The notes under the pieces were generated by a model that saw only the letters and a program-made list of their open reading frames with translations, ran no database searches and had not been told where the DNA came from. From Candidatus Poribacteria bacterium (lineage in GTDB: Bacteria; Poribacteria; WGA-4E; JAJDTR01), in assembly GCA_965222225.1 (NCBI GenBank), contig CBDCTK010000002.1, positions 544,001 to 608,000 of the forward strand: a stretch of 64,000 nucleotides of DNA. Direction: 5' to 3'. Position numbers and translations under genes: made by a program. Position 1 is the stretch's first letter; every line of letters begins with the position of its first letter. This document shows, piece after piece, positions 29,530 through 39,886 of this stretch.

Positions 29530-30272
29530 AGATTTTGGCTATCTACAGTAATAAAGGGGGAGTCGGAAAGACGACAACAGCCGTCAATCTGTCTTTCTTA
29601 GCGGCAGAATCAGGGCTAAAAACCCTCGTCTGCGATCTTGACCCACAAAGTTCGGCGAGCTATTACTTTCGGGTCAAGCCCAAGTTGAGGGCAAACGCGA
29701 AGGGATTTCGTAAGGGAGGAAAAAACATTGAAAAAAGCATAAAAGGCACGGATTATAAAAACCTAGATATACTACCAGCGGATTTTACACATAGAAATCT
29801 TGCCTCAACTTTTAATAAATTAAAACGATCGAAACGAAGATTAAATCGAATTTTGGATCCACTCCGCGCCGAATACAACTTGATTGTGCTGGATTGCCCA
29901 CCAGCAATCAACCTTTTGGCGGAGAACATCTTCAATGTTGCCGATTACCTTCTTGTGCCCGTGATTCCGACAACACTGTCTGTTCGGACGCATGTGCAAT
30001 TGCTATCGTTTCTAAAAAAGAAGAAATACGACACAGACAAAATTTACGCTTTTTTTTCGCTGGTTGACAAGCGCAAGAAAATGCACAAGGAAATCATAGC
30101 GATTATTTCGCGAGAATTCAAAGGCGTTTTACACAATTCAATACCTTCGCTATCAAACATCGAAAGAATGGGGATTGAAAGAGAACCGGTCCCGGCTTTC
30201 GCGCCAACTTCACAGGCGGCAAAATCTTACCGAGAATTGTGGCAGGAAGTAAAAGCAACCCTGTTGGATTAG
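29526..30272 (+). CDS. ParA/MinD-family ATPase, translationally coupled to the CHAD gene
   Basis: Deviant Walker A KGGVGKTT, DLDPQ, LDCPP; ATGA overlap with the CHAD stop. Confidence 0.9.
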   Translation: MKILAIYSNKGGVGKTTTAVNLSFLAAESGLKTLVCDLDPQSSASYYFRVKPKLRANAKGFRKGGKNIEKSIKGTDYKNLDILPADFTHRNLASTFNKLKRSKRRLNRILDPLRAEYNLIVLDCPPAINLLAENIFNVADYLLVPVIPTTLSVRTHVQLLSFLKKKKYDTDKIYAFFSLVDKRKKMHKEIIAIISREFKGVLHNSIPSLSNIERMGIEREPVPAFAPTSQAAKSYRELWQEVKATLLD

Positions 30273-30322
30273 CGAGATACTCGTGTCGGCTTCACGCGCA
30301 AATGGTTACTATCGAATCATCT

Positions 30323-31498
30323 TTACTTGAAGAGAGCTTGCCGAATCTGTCTCACAGATTGACGAAGGCGATTTTCATTTTCAACGAGTGCAATTCGAAC
30401 ATAACCTTCGCCATTGTGCCCAAATCCCGCCCCGGGCGACACGCAAACTTCCGCTTTGTCAAGTAACTTCATTGCGAACTCCATTGAACTCAGATGACGA
30501 TAGGGTTCAGGAATCGGCGCCCAAACGAACATGGTTCCTTTCGGCTTTTGTACTTTCCAGCCAATCCGATTTAATCCATCAACCAGTATGTCTCGACGAC
30601 GCCGATAAATCTCAGCATTTTCCGCGACTACATCAGATGGAGTCCTCAGAGCCATAATGGAGGCTACTTGAATTGGGGTGAAAATTCCGTAGTCGTAATA
30701 CCCTTTGATGCGCGCTAGTGCCTCAATGATATCACGGTTGCCGACCGCAAATCCACACCGCCAACCCGCCATATTGTATGATTTCGATAAGGAGAAAAAC
30801 TCCACGCCGATTTCCTTTGCTCCCTTCGCTTGCAGTAAGCTTGGTGCTTTGTAACCATCAAAGACGATGTCAGCATAGGCAAAATCGTGTACTACGGCAA
30901 TTTCGTGTTTTTTGGCAAAGTGGACAATCTCCTGAAAGAACGACAAGTCTACCACTGCACCAGTAGGATTGTGAGGGAAGCTAAGGATGAGTATTTTGGG
31001 GCGCGGCCAAATGTCTCTTGCAATCTCGGCAAGGCTGGGAACAAACTCATTTTCTTCACGTAATGGGATACTGACCACACTCCCACCGGCAAGAGCGATA
31101 CTGTAAATGTGGATTGGAAAGGTCGGGTTTGGAACAAGGGCAAGGTCACCTTGGTCAATCAATGCCAGAGCCAAGTGGGAGAGACCTTCTTTTGTGCCAA
31201 TTACGGCAATTGCCTCGTGTTCAGGATCGATTTCCACACCAAATCGTCGTTCGTAGTGCCAAGCAACTTCCCGCCGCAGATTGAAGATTCCCCGTGATAC
31301 CGAATAACGATGGTGTCGTGGCTCTCGTGCGGCCTCACATAGTTTGTCTATGATGTGTTTTGGGGTTGGTTCGCTCGGATTTCCCATACCCAGATCGATG
31401 ACATCAATGCCTTGGCGTCGTCTTTCATGCGTTAGCTGCTTGAGTCTGCCAAACATGTAAGGCGGCAATCGATGTAGTCGTTTGGATAAGAAATTCAT
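30323..31498 (-). CDS. Class I/II PLP aminotransferase (AlaC / LL-DAP aminotransferase-like)
   Basis: DLGMGNP, FPHNPTG, HDFAY, SLSKSYNMAGWR. Confidence 0.88.
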   Translation of the reverse strand: MNFLSKRLHRLPPYMFGRLKQLTHERRRQGIDVIDLGMGNPSEPTPKHIIDKLCEAAREPRHHRYSVSRGIFNLRREVAWHYERRFGVEIDPEHEAIAVIGTKEGLSHLALALIDQGDLALVPNPTFPIHIYSIALAGGSVVSIPLREENEFVPSLAEIARDIWPRPKILILSFPHNPTGAVVDLSFFQEIVHFAKKHEIAVVHDFAYADIVFDGYKAPSLLQAKGAKEIGVEFFSLSKSYNMAGWRCGFAVGNRDIIEALARIKGYYDYGIFTPIQVASIMALRTPSDVVAENAEIYRRRRDILVDGLNRIGWKVQKPKGTMFVWAPIPEPYRHLSSMEFAMKLLDKAEVCVSPGAGFGHNGEGYVRIALVENENRLRQSVRQIRQALFK

Positions 31499-31537
31499 GG
31501 ACTATATCCGACTGGTCAATGTGAGGCGTTCCTTTGC

Positions 31538-32215
31538 TCAATTACGTTTCGGCATTGCTATTGTTCCTGCCGCCGCTTTGTGCGCATATCGTGTTGTTTC
31601 AGGAAGTCGAAAGGTTTTGCAGCATCTCAGCGTCAGTCCGATAGCCGAATCCAGTGAAATCCGATGACCAATTGAGACGTATACGACGCTGGTATCACGT
31701 CTCGTGCGGACCGCCGCTCCAATCACCTCGCCTGTGTCGCACAGATATTCATAGGAACCTTTGTCTCTATCGGGCTCTCTGTGTTTACCCCATAAGCGTG
31801 ATTTTGCGCAGCCTATTGCAGGTTTGTCCAAGATTAGTCCCAAATGACAGGCAAGCCCCAATCGCCTCGGATGAGCAAGCCCTTGACCATCGGCAATAAT
31901 GAGATCCGGTTCTGTCTTTAACTGGTCAAAAGCTTTAAGAAGTGGGGGAGTTTCGCGGAATGACAACAGACCTGGAATATATGGGAACCGAACAGAACTT
32001 TCTACAATAACTCCATCAATGAGCTCTAATCCAGGAAATTCTAGCACAACCACTGAGGCACGGGCGAGATCTTTTTTGAAACCAAGGTCGGCGCCCGCAA
32101 CCGTTCGGACATCGCCCAACTCGTCGGTGCGTATTACTAACTGGCGGAGCCTGTTTTGAATGTTACGTGCTTCTTCTGGCGAAACATCCCATGAGTGAAG
32201 TTGGCGGTACTGCAT
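31538..32215 (-). CDS. nfi: Endonuclease V
   Basis: FPYIPGLLSFRE, DGQGLAHPRRLGLACH, GCAKSRL, RLPETTR.AH. Confidence 0.96.
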   Translation of the reverse strand: MQYRQLHSWDVSPEEARNIQNRLRQLVIRTDELGDVRTVAGADLGFKKDLARASVVVLEFPGLELIDGVIVESSVRFPYIPGLLSFRETPPLLKAFDQLKTEPDLIIADGQGLAHPRRLGLACHLGLILDKPAIGCAKSRLWGKHREPDRDKGSYEYLCDTGEVIGAAVRTRRDTSVVYVSIGHRISLDSAIGLTLRCCKTFRLPETTRYAHKAAAGTIAMPKRN

Positions 32216-32317
32216 TTAGGGGTTATGATTACGCTTCGGCAGTCAGTCTCCTCTCCATTTTGGGGAATGTCTATCGAGTGGTTTAAGCGACGAAACGGTA
32301 GGAAATAATCTCCAACA

Positions 32318-32470
32318 CTAGGTATGAAGAGTCTTCGCTACCTTCTGTTTCAGCCGACTCTTCGACATTAACTGCAGCCCTGCGAAAATTGATGTCAAGA
32401 ATACATAACCGCCGGCAATCCCCATAAGTGAGCAAGCAACTCCGAGAACAAATTCGATTCCATTAAACAT
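32318..32470 (-). CDS. Small single-TM protein (50 aa), absent from the ORF track
   Basis: AGGAG RBS; MFNGIEFVLGVACSLMGIAGGYVFLTSIFAGLQLMSKSRLKQKVAKTLHT. Confidence 0.6.
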   Translation of the reverse strand: MFNGIEFVLGVACSLMGIAGGYVFLTSIFAGLQLMSKSRLKQKVAKTLHT

Positions 32471-32495
32471 TGGATATCTCTCCTACATTAAAATA

Positions 32496-33744
32496 GGGAC
32501 TTAGTAGTTAACTGCTTTTTGGTCGATTTGCTTGCTTTTCTCTTCTTAATGTACAATAACTTTAGACAGTGTTCGGAATCTTGATTCACACTAAAATACA
32601 TCTCTATAAGAGAGAAATGGAGGCATATCATGTTGACCAAGCGTTTGTACATGCTCGCGGGAGCATTGCGGGTTATCTGCGGGATTTTAATTTCCAACAC
32701 TATGGGATTTTCAGCACACCATGATGTTGTCGTTGACAGAATATACCGATAGCCAAACAATTCATGTGGCTCAGGTGAAGCATTCATCAAAAAATCTTAT
32801 GAAAATCTCATCATCTTTTCTGCGATTATATTTCCAGCAAGACTCCATGATATACAGTGGCAGCCACTTCTTGCTGTAGTGATGATGCGTTCCGTAGAAT
32901 GACCTCTTGACACAAGCCCAAAACGACTCGATGGTGTTGGTGTGAGTTACGCCGTCCTCAGAAACATATCTCTCTTGGTGATGGATAACATGTCTTTCGA
33001 TATCTTCGTCCAGACTATTGTAAGAGCGAAATTCATCAGTCATAAGAATAGACTCATCGGGTGAGACATTGCTAAGGATGAATTCTCTGATATTTTCACC
33101 AGATAGAACCTTCATGAATTTAGCAACCACCCGACCGCCTCTCTCGACTACGCCGATGACGGGAGATTTATTTGTGCCTCTACCTCTCTTAGATTTTGCT
33201 CTGGGTTTGCCGCCGACATAGGTTTCGTCCGCTTCAACTATCCCTTTCAGCAATTCATCACTATCACTCATTTTCTCACGGAGGCGCATTGCCATATACC
33301 AAGCGGACTTTTGATTCATGTCCAAGTCACGAGCAAGCTGACAACTCGATATGCTTTTCTTGGCATTGGAAAGAATTGAGATAGCCAAAAACCATTTCTG
33401 GAGAGGTATCTTGGTACCATGGAAGATGGTTCCTGCTGTAGCCGAAAAGCTAGATTCACAATCGTAGCAATTCCAACCAGTAGTAATGTCGTTTTTGTTC
33501 TTGCGTCCAACTTTTTCACTGCCACAGTGGATACAGCAAACACCGTCCTTCCAACGTTTTTCCTCTATAAATCTGAGACAAGATTCTTGATTTGGAAACT
33601 CTTTCATAAGATTCAAAATGTCCATAGCAAACTCCTACGAGAAGAATAGTCACTATGGACATCTACGTGTGACGAAAAGATTTACGACAGGGTACCAAGT
33701 TTTATGTTTGTCGTCAGTCTAAAAGCTACAAGCTACTAATTCCG
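32496..33744 (-). mobile_element. IS1595-family insertion sequence, copy 1 (1249 bp)
   Basis: Imperfect IRs gggacttagtagtt and cggaattagtagct; perfect 8-bp target duplication TTAAAATA at 32488-32495 and 33745-33752. Confidence 0.92.
32771..33625 (-). CDS. IS1595-family transposase
   Basis: CxxC...CxxC zinc ribbon, GTIFHGT, VEADETYVGG, TDE, HTNTIESFW. Confidence 0.95.
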   Translation of the reverse strand: MDILNLMKEFPNQESCLRFIEEKRWKDGVCCIHCGSEKVGRKNKNDITTGWNCYDCESSFSATAGTIFHGTKIPLQKWFLAISILSNAKKSISSCQLARDLDMNQKSAWYMAMRLREKMSDSDELLKGIVEADETYVGGKPRAKSKRGRGTNKSPVIGVVERGGRVVAKFMKVLSGENIREFILSNVSPDESILMTDEFRSYNSLDEDIERHVIHHQERYVSEDGVTHTNTIESFWACVKRSFYGTHHHYSKKWLPLYIMESCWKYNRRKDDEIFIRFFDECFT

Positions 33745-34044
33745 TTAAAATATAAGAATATTTCTAAAACTTGTCGGTGTAACTACATCGTGAATAGATA
33801 TACGATAAATCATTAACTAGGTTTCAGCAGAAACAGGCGCGATTGAATTATTGATTTGCGCAAGATGAATGCCAAATCACTCGTGCCTTACAAATTCACG
33901 ATATAATTGGAATGGGAGGGAAATCCTGGTTGGAATTTGCTGCGGGAGTGTGTTGTCTAAGCCGCACTCTTGGGTCTCCGGGAGTGGTAGTGTCTTGGCT
34001 GTTACACACTTCATGTGGGCAGGACAGCCGGGAGAGTTGCGTTT

Positions 34045-34479
34045 CTAGCCGATTTCTACTAATTCGAGAGTGATTCCATCAGGATCCAGGAAATAAACAC
34101 ATTTCACAATTGTGCCAGGATCGGTTCCAGTGATTTTCGGTTTCGACTTGAACTGCACACCTTTGCGCCGAAAATCTTGGTACGCGGCATCCATATTATC
34201 GACAACAAAAGCGATGTGAGCACTTCCCGTGTCGCAGGTGCGTGTTCTCAGTGGTTCTCCGATTGGTGAAAGGTACTGAATAAGTTCGATTAGGGAACCG
34301 TGTGCACTCAGAAAGGCAATCCGCAGCCTCGCATCAGAGATACGTGTTACACTGTGTTTGTGAGATTCCTGAATAACCACATCGGAGAGGACATGCCCGT
34401 TGAGAATTTCTGTGTAAAAGTTTAGTGACCTGTCCATGTCACTGACAGTGAGACTGAAATGATGGATGTCTTTAATCAT
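34045..34479 (-). CDS. VOC/glyoxalase family protein
   Basis: HFSLTVSD, IELIQY, HIAFVV, YFLDPDGITLELVE. Confidence 0.88.
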   Translation of the reverse strand: MIKDIHHFSLTVSDMDRSLNFYTEILNGHVLSDVVIQESHKHSVTRISDARLRIAFLSAHGSLIELIQYLSPIGEPLRTRTCDTGSAHIAFVVDNMDAAYQDFRRKGVQFKSKPKITGTDPGTIVKCVYFLDPDGITLELVEIG

Positions 34480-34503
34480 TGCACTCTTGGTCGTGATTCC
34501 GCG

Positions 34504-35265
34504 TCAGTTTTCGTCAGGAGAGCTTACCTTTGCCGTTTCAATGAACTCGTAAATTGAGTCCGGCACCAGACTATCGATTGGAGCTCTACGCTGGAGGTGT
34601 TCACGGATAGCAGTTGAGGAAATTTCGGCATAAGCATTGGGCAGTTCGATTACCTTGATGTTGCATGCGTAGCGCCTGACCCCCGGTTTCGAAAGAAATT
34701 GCCGAATCGCGTCTGCGTTGTATTCTTTGCGGTTGGCTGTGATGAAACGACATTGATCGAAGAGGGATTTTAATTCAGCGTGCATGTCGATGTAATATTT
34801 GGAATCGAAAAGTCGAATCAAAGTATCAAAACCGACTATGAAAAGACACAAAGTTCGCGACGGATAGAGCGTTTTAATGGCTTTAATCTTATCGACGAAA
34901 CGTCCATGACTGCTAACCGCTACTGAGAAATCGCTCCGTTGCATCGCATATCTCTTGAGCATGAGAAGGCGATCTTCTAAAGAAAAGCCGAACAAACCTT
35001 TGTCCACGTTCGATTTGGCGAGGCACAGGAGAATCTCTTCAAGACCGAATTTTACTTGCGATTCCTCTATCATTTTCACGTGCGCGACGGTAAGAGGATT
35101 GAAGGATCCTGAGAAAATACCCAGCCGTTTCCCTTCGCTTTTTATATACTCTGATGCCCGATGTACCCACGCGATTTCCGGGCCGCCATCGGAATCGAGC
35201 CGATCGATTATAGCGCTGAGGTCGTGGTATTCATCGGTGTGCTGAAGTTCCTGGGCGAAATTCAC
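34504..35265 (-). CDS. Nicotinamide/nicotinate-nucleotide adenylyltransferase-like protein
   Basis: GSFNPLTVAH (HIGH variant), VGFDTLIRLFD.KYY, ISSTAIR. Confidence 0.8.
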   Translation of the reverse strand: MNFAQELQHTDEYHDLSAIIDRLDSDGGPEIAWVHRASEYIKSEGKRLGIFSGSFNPLTVAHVKMIEESQVKFGLEEILLCLAKSNVDKGLFGFSLEDRLLMLKRYAMQRSDFSVAVSSHGRFVDKIKAIKTLYPSRTLCLFIVGFDTLIRLFDSKYYIDMHAELKSLFDQCRFITANRKEYNADAIRQFLSKPGVRRYACNIKVIELPNAYAEISSTAIREHLQRRAPIDSLVPDSIYEFIETAKVSSPDEN

Positions 35266-35410
35266 GCATCAATTCCTTTGAAGGATAGGCGTAACAACAT
35301 TTCCGTACTATAACACAGAGGACAATTTATTGCCAAAAGGTGACCAATAGGGACTCTAATATTTCAGCATTCTAGCAAGGGTGTAGGATGGTGTCAACGA
35401 AAAATGGAGC

Positions 35411-35440
35411 TTGACATTTTTTACGAAACATTGCGATAAT
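35411..35440 (+). promoter_or_regulatory. Sigma70-type promoter upstream of phoB2
   Basis: TTGACA-18bp-GATAAT. Confidence 0.5.
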
Positions 35441-35602
35441 AAAAGGGAGGGATTGCACGAATCTCCGACCAAGTTATGTAGCATTCCCAGTGTCAAACTC
35501 CCTTCACGCATGGGTCGTGACAGCTCGCCGAGTTGTTGGCTCACACACCGTTTTAGAAATACTTGAGTATAGCACGACATGAAATTCTAACGTGAAAAAT
35601 CT

Positions 35603-36286
35603 ATGTTCTCCAGGATTCTTATCGTAGAAGATGATCGTAACATTGTAGAGTTGTTGACGTATAACTTGGAACAAGCGGGTTTTGACGTACACGCAGTCTT
35701 TGATGGTGCCGATGCCCTTCAACGTGCGGCAGCAGATGTGCCCGACCTCATCATCTTGGATTTATTGCTTCCAGAGATAGGTGGGCTTGAGGTTTGTCGT
35801 TTGCTCAAGCGCGATCAACGAACAGCAGGGATTCCGGTGATCATGTTAACGGCAAAAGGCGAGGAAGTAGATCGCATTGTCGGGCTAGAGTTGGGGGCTG
35901 ACGATTACATCACGAAACCGATTAGCCCACGAGAGGTTGTGTTGCGGGTGCGTGCAGTGTTGCGACGTATCGCCTCCCGAACCAATGAATCTTCAAATCA
36001 GATTGAAGTGCACGGTTTAACAATTAATCTAGATAAACATTTGGTGTGCAGTGCGGAGGGTGAAATAGATCTTACAGCTACCGAATTCAAAATGCTGACA
36101 CTGTTTGCGCAGGCGCCTGGCCGTGTCTTTACGAGAAGTGTGCTAATGGATGTGATCTGGGGGCAAGAATATTATGGAGTTGACCGGACCGTGGATACAC
36201 ATGTCAGTCGCTTGCGGAGAAAGTTAGGACACTTTGGAGAGCATATCGAAACAGTTCACGGAGTGGGATACAGATTTATGGGGTGA
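35603..36286 (+). CDS. phoB: PhoB-like response regulator (copy 2)
   Basis: Close paralog of 25085-25771; convergent with phoU. Confidence 0.8.
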   Translation: MFSRILIVEDDRNIVELLTYNLEQAGFDVHAVFDGADALQRAAADVPDLIILDLLLPEIGGLEVCRLLKRDQRTAGIPVIMLTAKGEEVDRIVGLELGADDYITKPISPREVVLRVRAVLRRIASRTNESSNQIEVHGLTINLDKHLVCSAEGEIDLTATEFKMLTLFAQAPGRVFTRSVLMDVIWGQEYYGVDRTVDTHVSRLRRKLGHFGEHIETVHGVGYRFMG

Positions 36287-36509
36287 GGGAGGACATGGCA
36301 GAAGACTTCGTTCGTCTTAATGGTTAAAGGTTATAACGGAACCTGTGTACGGTGCATTCTTGGTGGCAGATACGATTTATCCGTCTCTAAAAAGTAGCCA
36401 ATCGTCTCGCGACACCTGCTTGAATAAGCACAATAGCGAAAAAAATAGTTCAGTTCATTTAAGTGGTTTAACTCAAGGCGATTCGGAGGGGAGTGAGTCA
36501 ACCCGTCAT

Positions 36510-37160
36510 TTACGTGTGCCGGAGGACGTCGCCTTTCACCAAGTAATAAACTTCCTCGCTGATGTTAGCTGCCAAGTCACCGATTCGTTCCAGATGGCGA
36601 AAGAGCAACAAAGTACTAATCCCCGGTCGTAGAATTGTGGAATCGTCTGAAAGGCGAAGCAGGAGTTCTTCAACTGTTTGATTATAGATTTTATCTACCT
36701 GATAGTCCCGTTCTCGTACTGCTTCTGCCAAGTCCGCATCCCGATTCACGAAGGCATCAAGTGCATCTTTTGCCATTTCCTGAACGATGCCCGCAATCCG
36801 AGGTAAGTCGATAAAGGGTTTGACGGGCGGATGTTCAATTAACTCAAGGCTACGTTGAGCAATATTGACCGCTTTGTCTGCCATTCGCTCGACATCATGG
36901 TTAATGGTAAGCACCATGCTCAACAAACGTAGATCCGATGCCGTAGGCTGATGACGAGCAATGAATCGAATACAAGATTCTTCAATCTCATTCTCAAGTG
37001 CGTCAACCTGTCCATCGCTCTGAATCACAACCGATGCCAACTCGCCATCTCGGTTTAAAACGGAATTTACGGCATCTTGCAGCATGCTTTCTGCCATTCC
37101 ACCCATTCTGAGTAATTCCTGTTGAATTTCTTTCAGTTCTACCTCGAAATGACGTCGCAT
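36510..37160 (-). CDS. phoU: Phosphate signalling protein PhoU
   Basis: QPTASDLR, ERMADKAVNIA, LERIGD.A.NI.E. Confidence 0.95.
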   Translation of the reverse strand: MRRHFEVELKEIQQELLRMGGMAESMLQDAVNSVLNRDGELASVVIQSDGQVDALENEIEESCIRFIARHQPTASDLRLLSMVLTINHDVERMADKAVNIAQRSLELIEHPPVKPFIDLPRIAGIVQEMAKDALDAFVNRDADLAEAVRERDYQVDKIYNQTVEELLLRLSDDSTILRPGISTLLLFRHLERIGDLAANISEEVYYLVKGDVLRHT

Positions 37161-37264
37161 TTATATTCCCTTCCTCTTAGAATCTGGGTAAGTTGCCGTG
37201 TAGTTCATCTACATTGCCAAGCGTACAAGGTCAACCAAGAATCTATTGGGTGTTCTCCAATCTG

Positions 37265-38044
37265 TTAACCAAACTTCCCAGATACATAGGCTTCGGTACG
37301 ATGATCGCCAGGATTTGTGAAAATCTTATCGGTTAATCCGAACTCAATTAATTCCCCAAGGTAGAGAAACGCGGTATAGTATGAAACTCGCGCGGCTTGT
37401 TGCATGTTGTGTGTTACGATTAGAACAGTGTAACTATCTTTTAACTCTAGAATTAATTCTTCAATCTTCGCAGTGGCGATTGGGTCGAGTGCTGAACATG
37501 GCTCGTCAAGTAGGAGGACTTCAGGCTCAATTGCCAATGTTCTCGCGATGCAGAGTCGCTGTTGCTGCCCGCCCGAAAGAGCATAAGCGCTATCTCTCAA
37601 CTTATCCTTGACTTCGTCCCACAGTGCGGCTTTCTGAAGACTGTCCTCGACAATCGAGTCAAGTTGGTCTCGGTTACGTATGCCTGATATCTTCGGACCA
37701 TATGCGATGTTATCGTATATTGATTTAGGGAACGGGTTCTGTTTCTGGAAGACCATGCCGAGCCGTAAGCGCACTTCCACCGGATCGATAGCGGTAGAAT
37801 AGAGATCTTGCCCTTCAAGAAGAATCTTTCCTGTTAACTTGAAAGTGGGGACAAAGTCGTTCATGCGGTTAAAACAGCGGATTAGTGTGCTCTTACCACA
37901 ACCGGAGGGGCCAATCAGAGCAGTCACTTTGTTCCGCTCAACGTCAAACGATATGTTTCTTAAAGCCTGCGCCTCACCGTACCAAGCGTTGAGATCATGA
38001 ACACTCAGAACCACGTCGAATTTACTGTTTGTCTGCTGCTTCAT
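37265..38044 (-). CDS. pstB: Phosphate ABC transporter ATP-binding protein
   Basis: [41 protein letters not shown] end. Confidence 0.97.
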   Translation of the reverse strand: MKQQTNSKFDVVLSVHDLNAWYGEAQALRNISFDVERNKVTALIGPSGCGKSTLIRCFNRMNDFVPTFKLTGKILLEGQDLYSTAIDPVEVRLRLGMVFQKQNPFPKSIYDNIAYGPKISGIRNRDQLDSIVEDSLQKAALWDEVKDKLRDSAYALSGGQQQRLCIARTLAIEPEVLLLDEPCSALDPIATAKIEELILELKDSYTVLIVTHNMQQAARVSYYTAFLYLGELIEFGLTDKIFTNPGDHRTEAYVSGKFG

Positions 38045-38051
38045 ACTGACC

Positions 38052-38930
38052 TCATTGATACTGTTTTTGGTAACGGTTTCGCAAGAAGATTGCGAGTGCG
38101 TTCAAAAGAAGCGTTACCACCAAGAGAACAACAATACCTGCGGCCGCATTAATGTGAAACCCCGCTTGCGGACGAGACACCCAATTAAAAATCTGAATCG
38201 GCAATGCTGTAAACGGAGAAAGCAGTCCATCAGGTACAAATGCGACGTACGTCAATGCACCAATTGCGATCAATGGGGCAGTTTCTCCGATGGCGCGAGA
38301 AACTGCCAGTATTATGCCCGTCAGAATCCCGGGAAACGCCAATGGCAACACATGGTCCTTTGTCGTTTGCCACTGTGTGGCGCCGAGTGCATAGGCTGCC
38401 TCCCGGATCGTGCCCGGAACCGCTCGGATTGCCTCCCGAGAAGCGATGATAACGATTGGGAGTACAAGTAGAGCTAATGTCAACGCGCCTGCTAAAAGGC
38501 TTCTATCCAAACGCATCCCACGAACGAACAGTTCCAATCCCAAAAGCCCGTAAATAATCGACGGAACGCCCGCTAGATTCGCAACGTTTACCTCAATGAT
38601 GCGACTCAACCGGCTCGACTGATTTGTATATTCTTCAAGGTACACTGCAGCCGCAACTCCTATCGGTACGGCGACCACTGCAGTCAAGGTAATCAAGTAT
38701 ACACTACCTATGAGAGCAGAGAAGATGCCGGCTTCCGCCGGCTTCCGAGAGGGAAAACTCGTTAGGAATTCCCAGTCAATTCGCGGCAGGCCATCAACTA
38801 GGGCATCAGCAATCAACGCTCCCAGTGTAGCAAGCGCGAGTACAATGCCGACCACCGCAATTATCCGGAAAAGACCGTCGCCCAATTTTTGTCGCTTTAG
38901 CAGTTTTCGGGTGTGTACTGTCGAAATCAT
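38052..38930 (-). CDS. pstA: Phosphate ABC transporter permease PstA
   Basis: [24 protein letters not shown]. Confidence 0.95.
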   Translation of the reverse strand: MISTVHTRKLLKRQKLGDGLFRIIAVVGIVLALATLGALIADALVDGLPRIDWEFLTSFPSRKPAEAGIFSALIGSVYLITLTAVVAVPIGVAAAVYLEEYTNQSSRLSRIIEVNVANLAGVPSIIYGLLGLELFVRGMRLDRSLLAGALTLALLVLPIVIIASREAIRAVPGTIREAAYALGATQWQTTKDHVLPLAFPGILTGIILAVSRAIGETAPLIAIGALTYVAFVPDGLLSPFTALPIQIFNWVSRPQAGFHINAAAGIVVLLVVTLLLNALAIFLRNRYQKQYQ

Positions 38931-39832
38931 TCGTACTTCTCCCGGAATCGTTGACGCAAAAAGTCGCCAACGAGGTTGAGTGCAAAAGTTGATAAAAATA
39001 AGACCATCCCAACCGCAAAAATCGTCTGGAATTCTAGCGTTCCGGTCGGTGTATCTCCCAAGCTGATTTGAACAATGTAAGTCGTCATTGTTTCAATCGG
39101 CACTAAGGGGTTGAAGGTTAAGTTTGGCATTTGCCCCGCCGCGATTGCCACGAGCATAGTTTCGCCAATTGCACGCGAAATAGCGATGACAAAGGACGCA
39201 GTAATCCCGGAGAACGCCGCCGGTACAACGACCTGCCATGCCGTCTGAAGACGTGAAGAGCCCAGTGCATACGCCGCTTCACGTAAACCGCGTGGGACGG
39301 CATACATCGCGTCTTCGCTTAATGACGAAACTAACGGTATAATCATGATTCCCATCACGATTCCCGGAGAGAGTGCGTTGAATCCACCAAGGCTGGGAAT
39401 TAGTTTTTGTAGCAACGGTGTCACTAATAGAAGAGCAAAATAGCCGTAGACAATGCTCGGAACGCCAGCTAGAATTTCTAGTATCGGTTTTAGTATTTGA
39501 CGGAGGCGCGCAGGAGCATATTCGCTTAAGAAGATTGCAGTCAGTATTCCCAAGGGACCGGCGATCGAAATAGCAATCGCAGACGTAAGCGCGGTCCCCG
39601 CTACAAGCGGAAGTATGCCAAAGTGCTTCTTCACGAAAAGAGGAGTCCACTCGGTGTCGGTGAAAAACTCAATGACAGAGACCTCCTTAAAAAAGCCGAT
39701 TGTCTCAAACAAAAGCACGCCAATAATGCCTACGGTAGTAAAGATTGAGAGCATTCCGCAGGCCAACAAGGCGGTTTCGATGAACTTTTCTCCTGTTCTG
39801 GATTTTCTTGGATGACTCATTATAGAAATCAT
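38927..39832 (-). CDS. pstC: Phosphate ABC transporter permease PstC
   Basis: [21 protein letters not shown]. Confidence 0.95.
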   Translation of the reverse strand: MISIMSHPRKSRTGEKFIETALLACGMLSIFTTVGIIGVLLFETIGFFKEVSVIEFFTDTEWTPLFVKKHFGILPLVAGTALTSAIAISIAGPLGILTAIFLSEYAPARLRQILKPILEILAGVPSIVYGYFALLLVTPLLQKLIPSLGGFNALSPGIVMGIMIIPLVSSLSEDAMYAVPRGLREAAYALGSSRLQTAWQVVVPAAFSGITASFVIAISRAIGETMLVAIAAGQMPNLTFNPLVPIETMTTYIVQISLGDTPTGTLEFQTIFAVGMVLFLSTFALNLVGDFLRQRFREKYE

Positions 39833-39886
39833 TGGAAGTAGAACATGCGTGTCCAGAGTTAGCAGATTGATCGTGTCACATCGAAT

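Noticed and set aside
29526-30272. Chromosome or plasmid partition locus
   Set aside because: No parB, parS-like palindrome or replication gene nearby; the ATPase is coupled to a CHAD gene instead.
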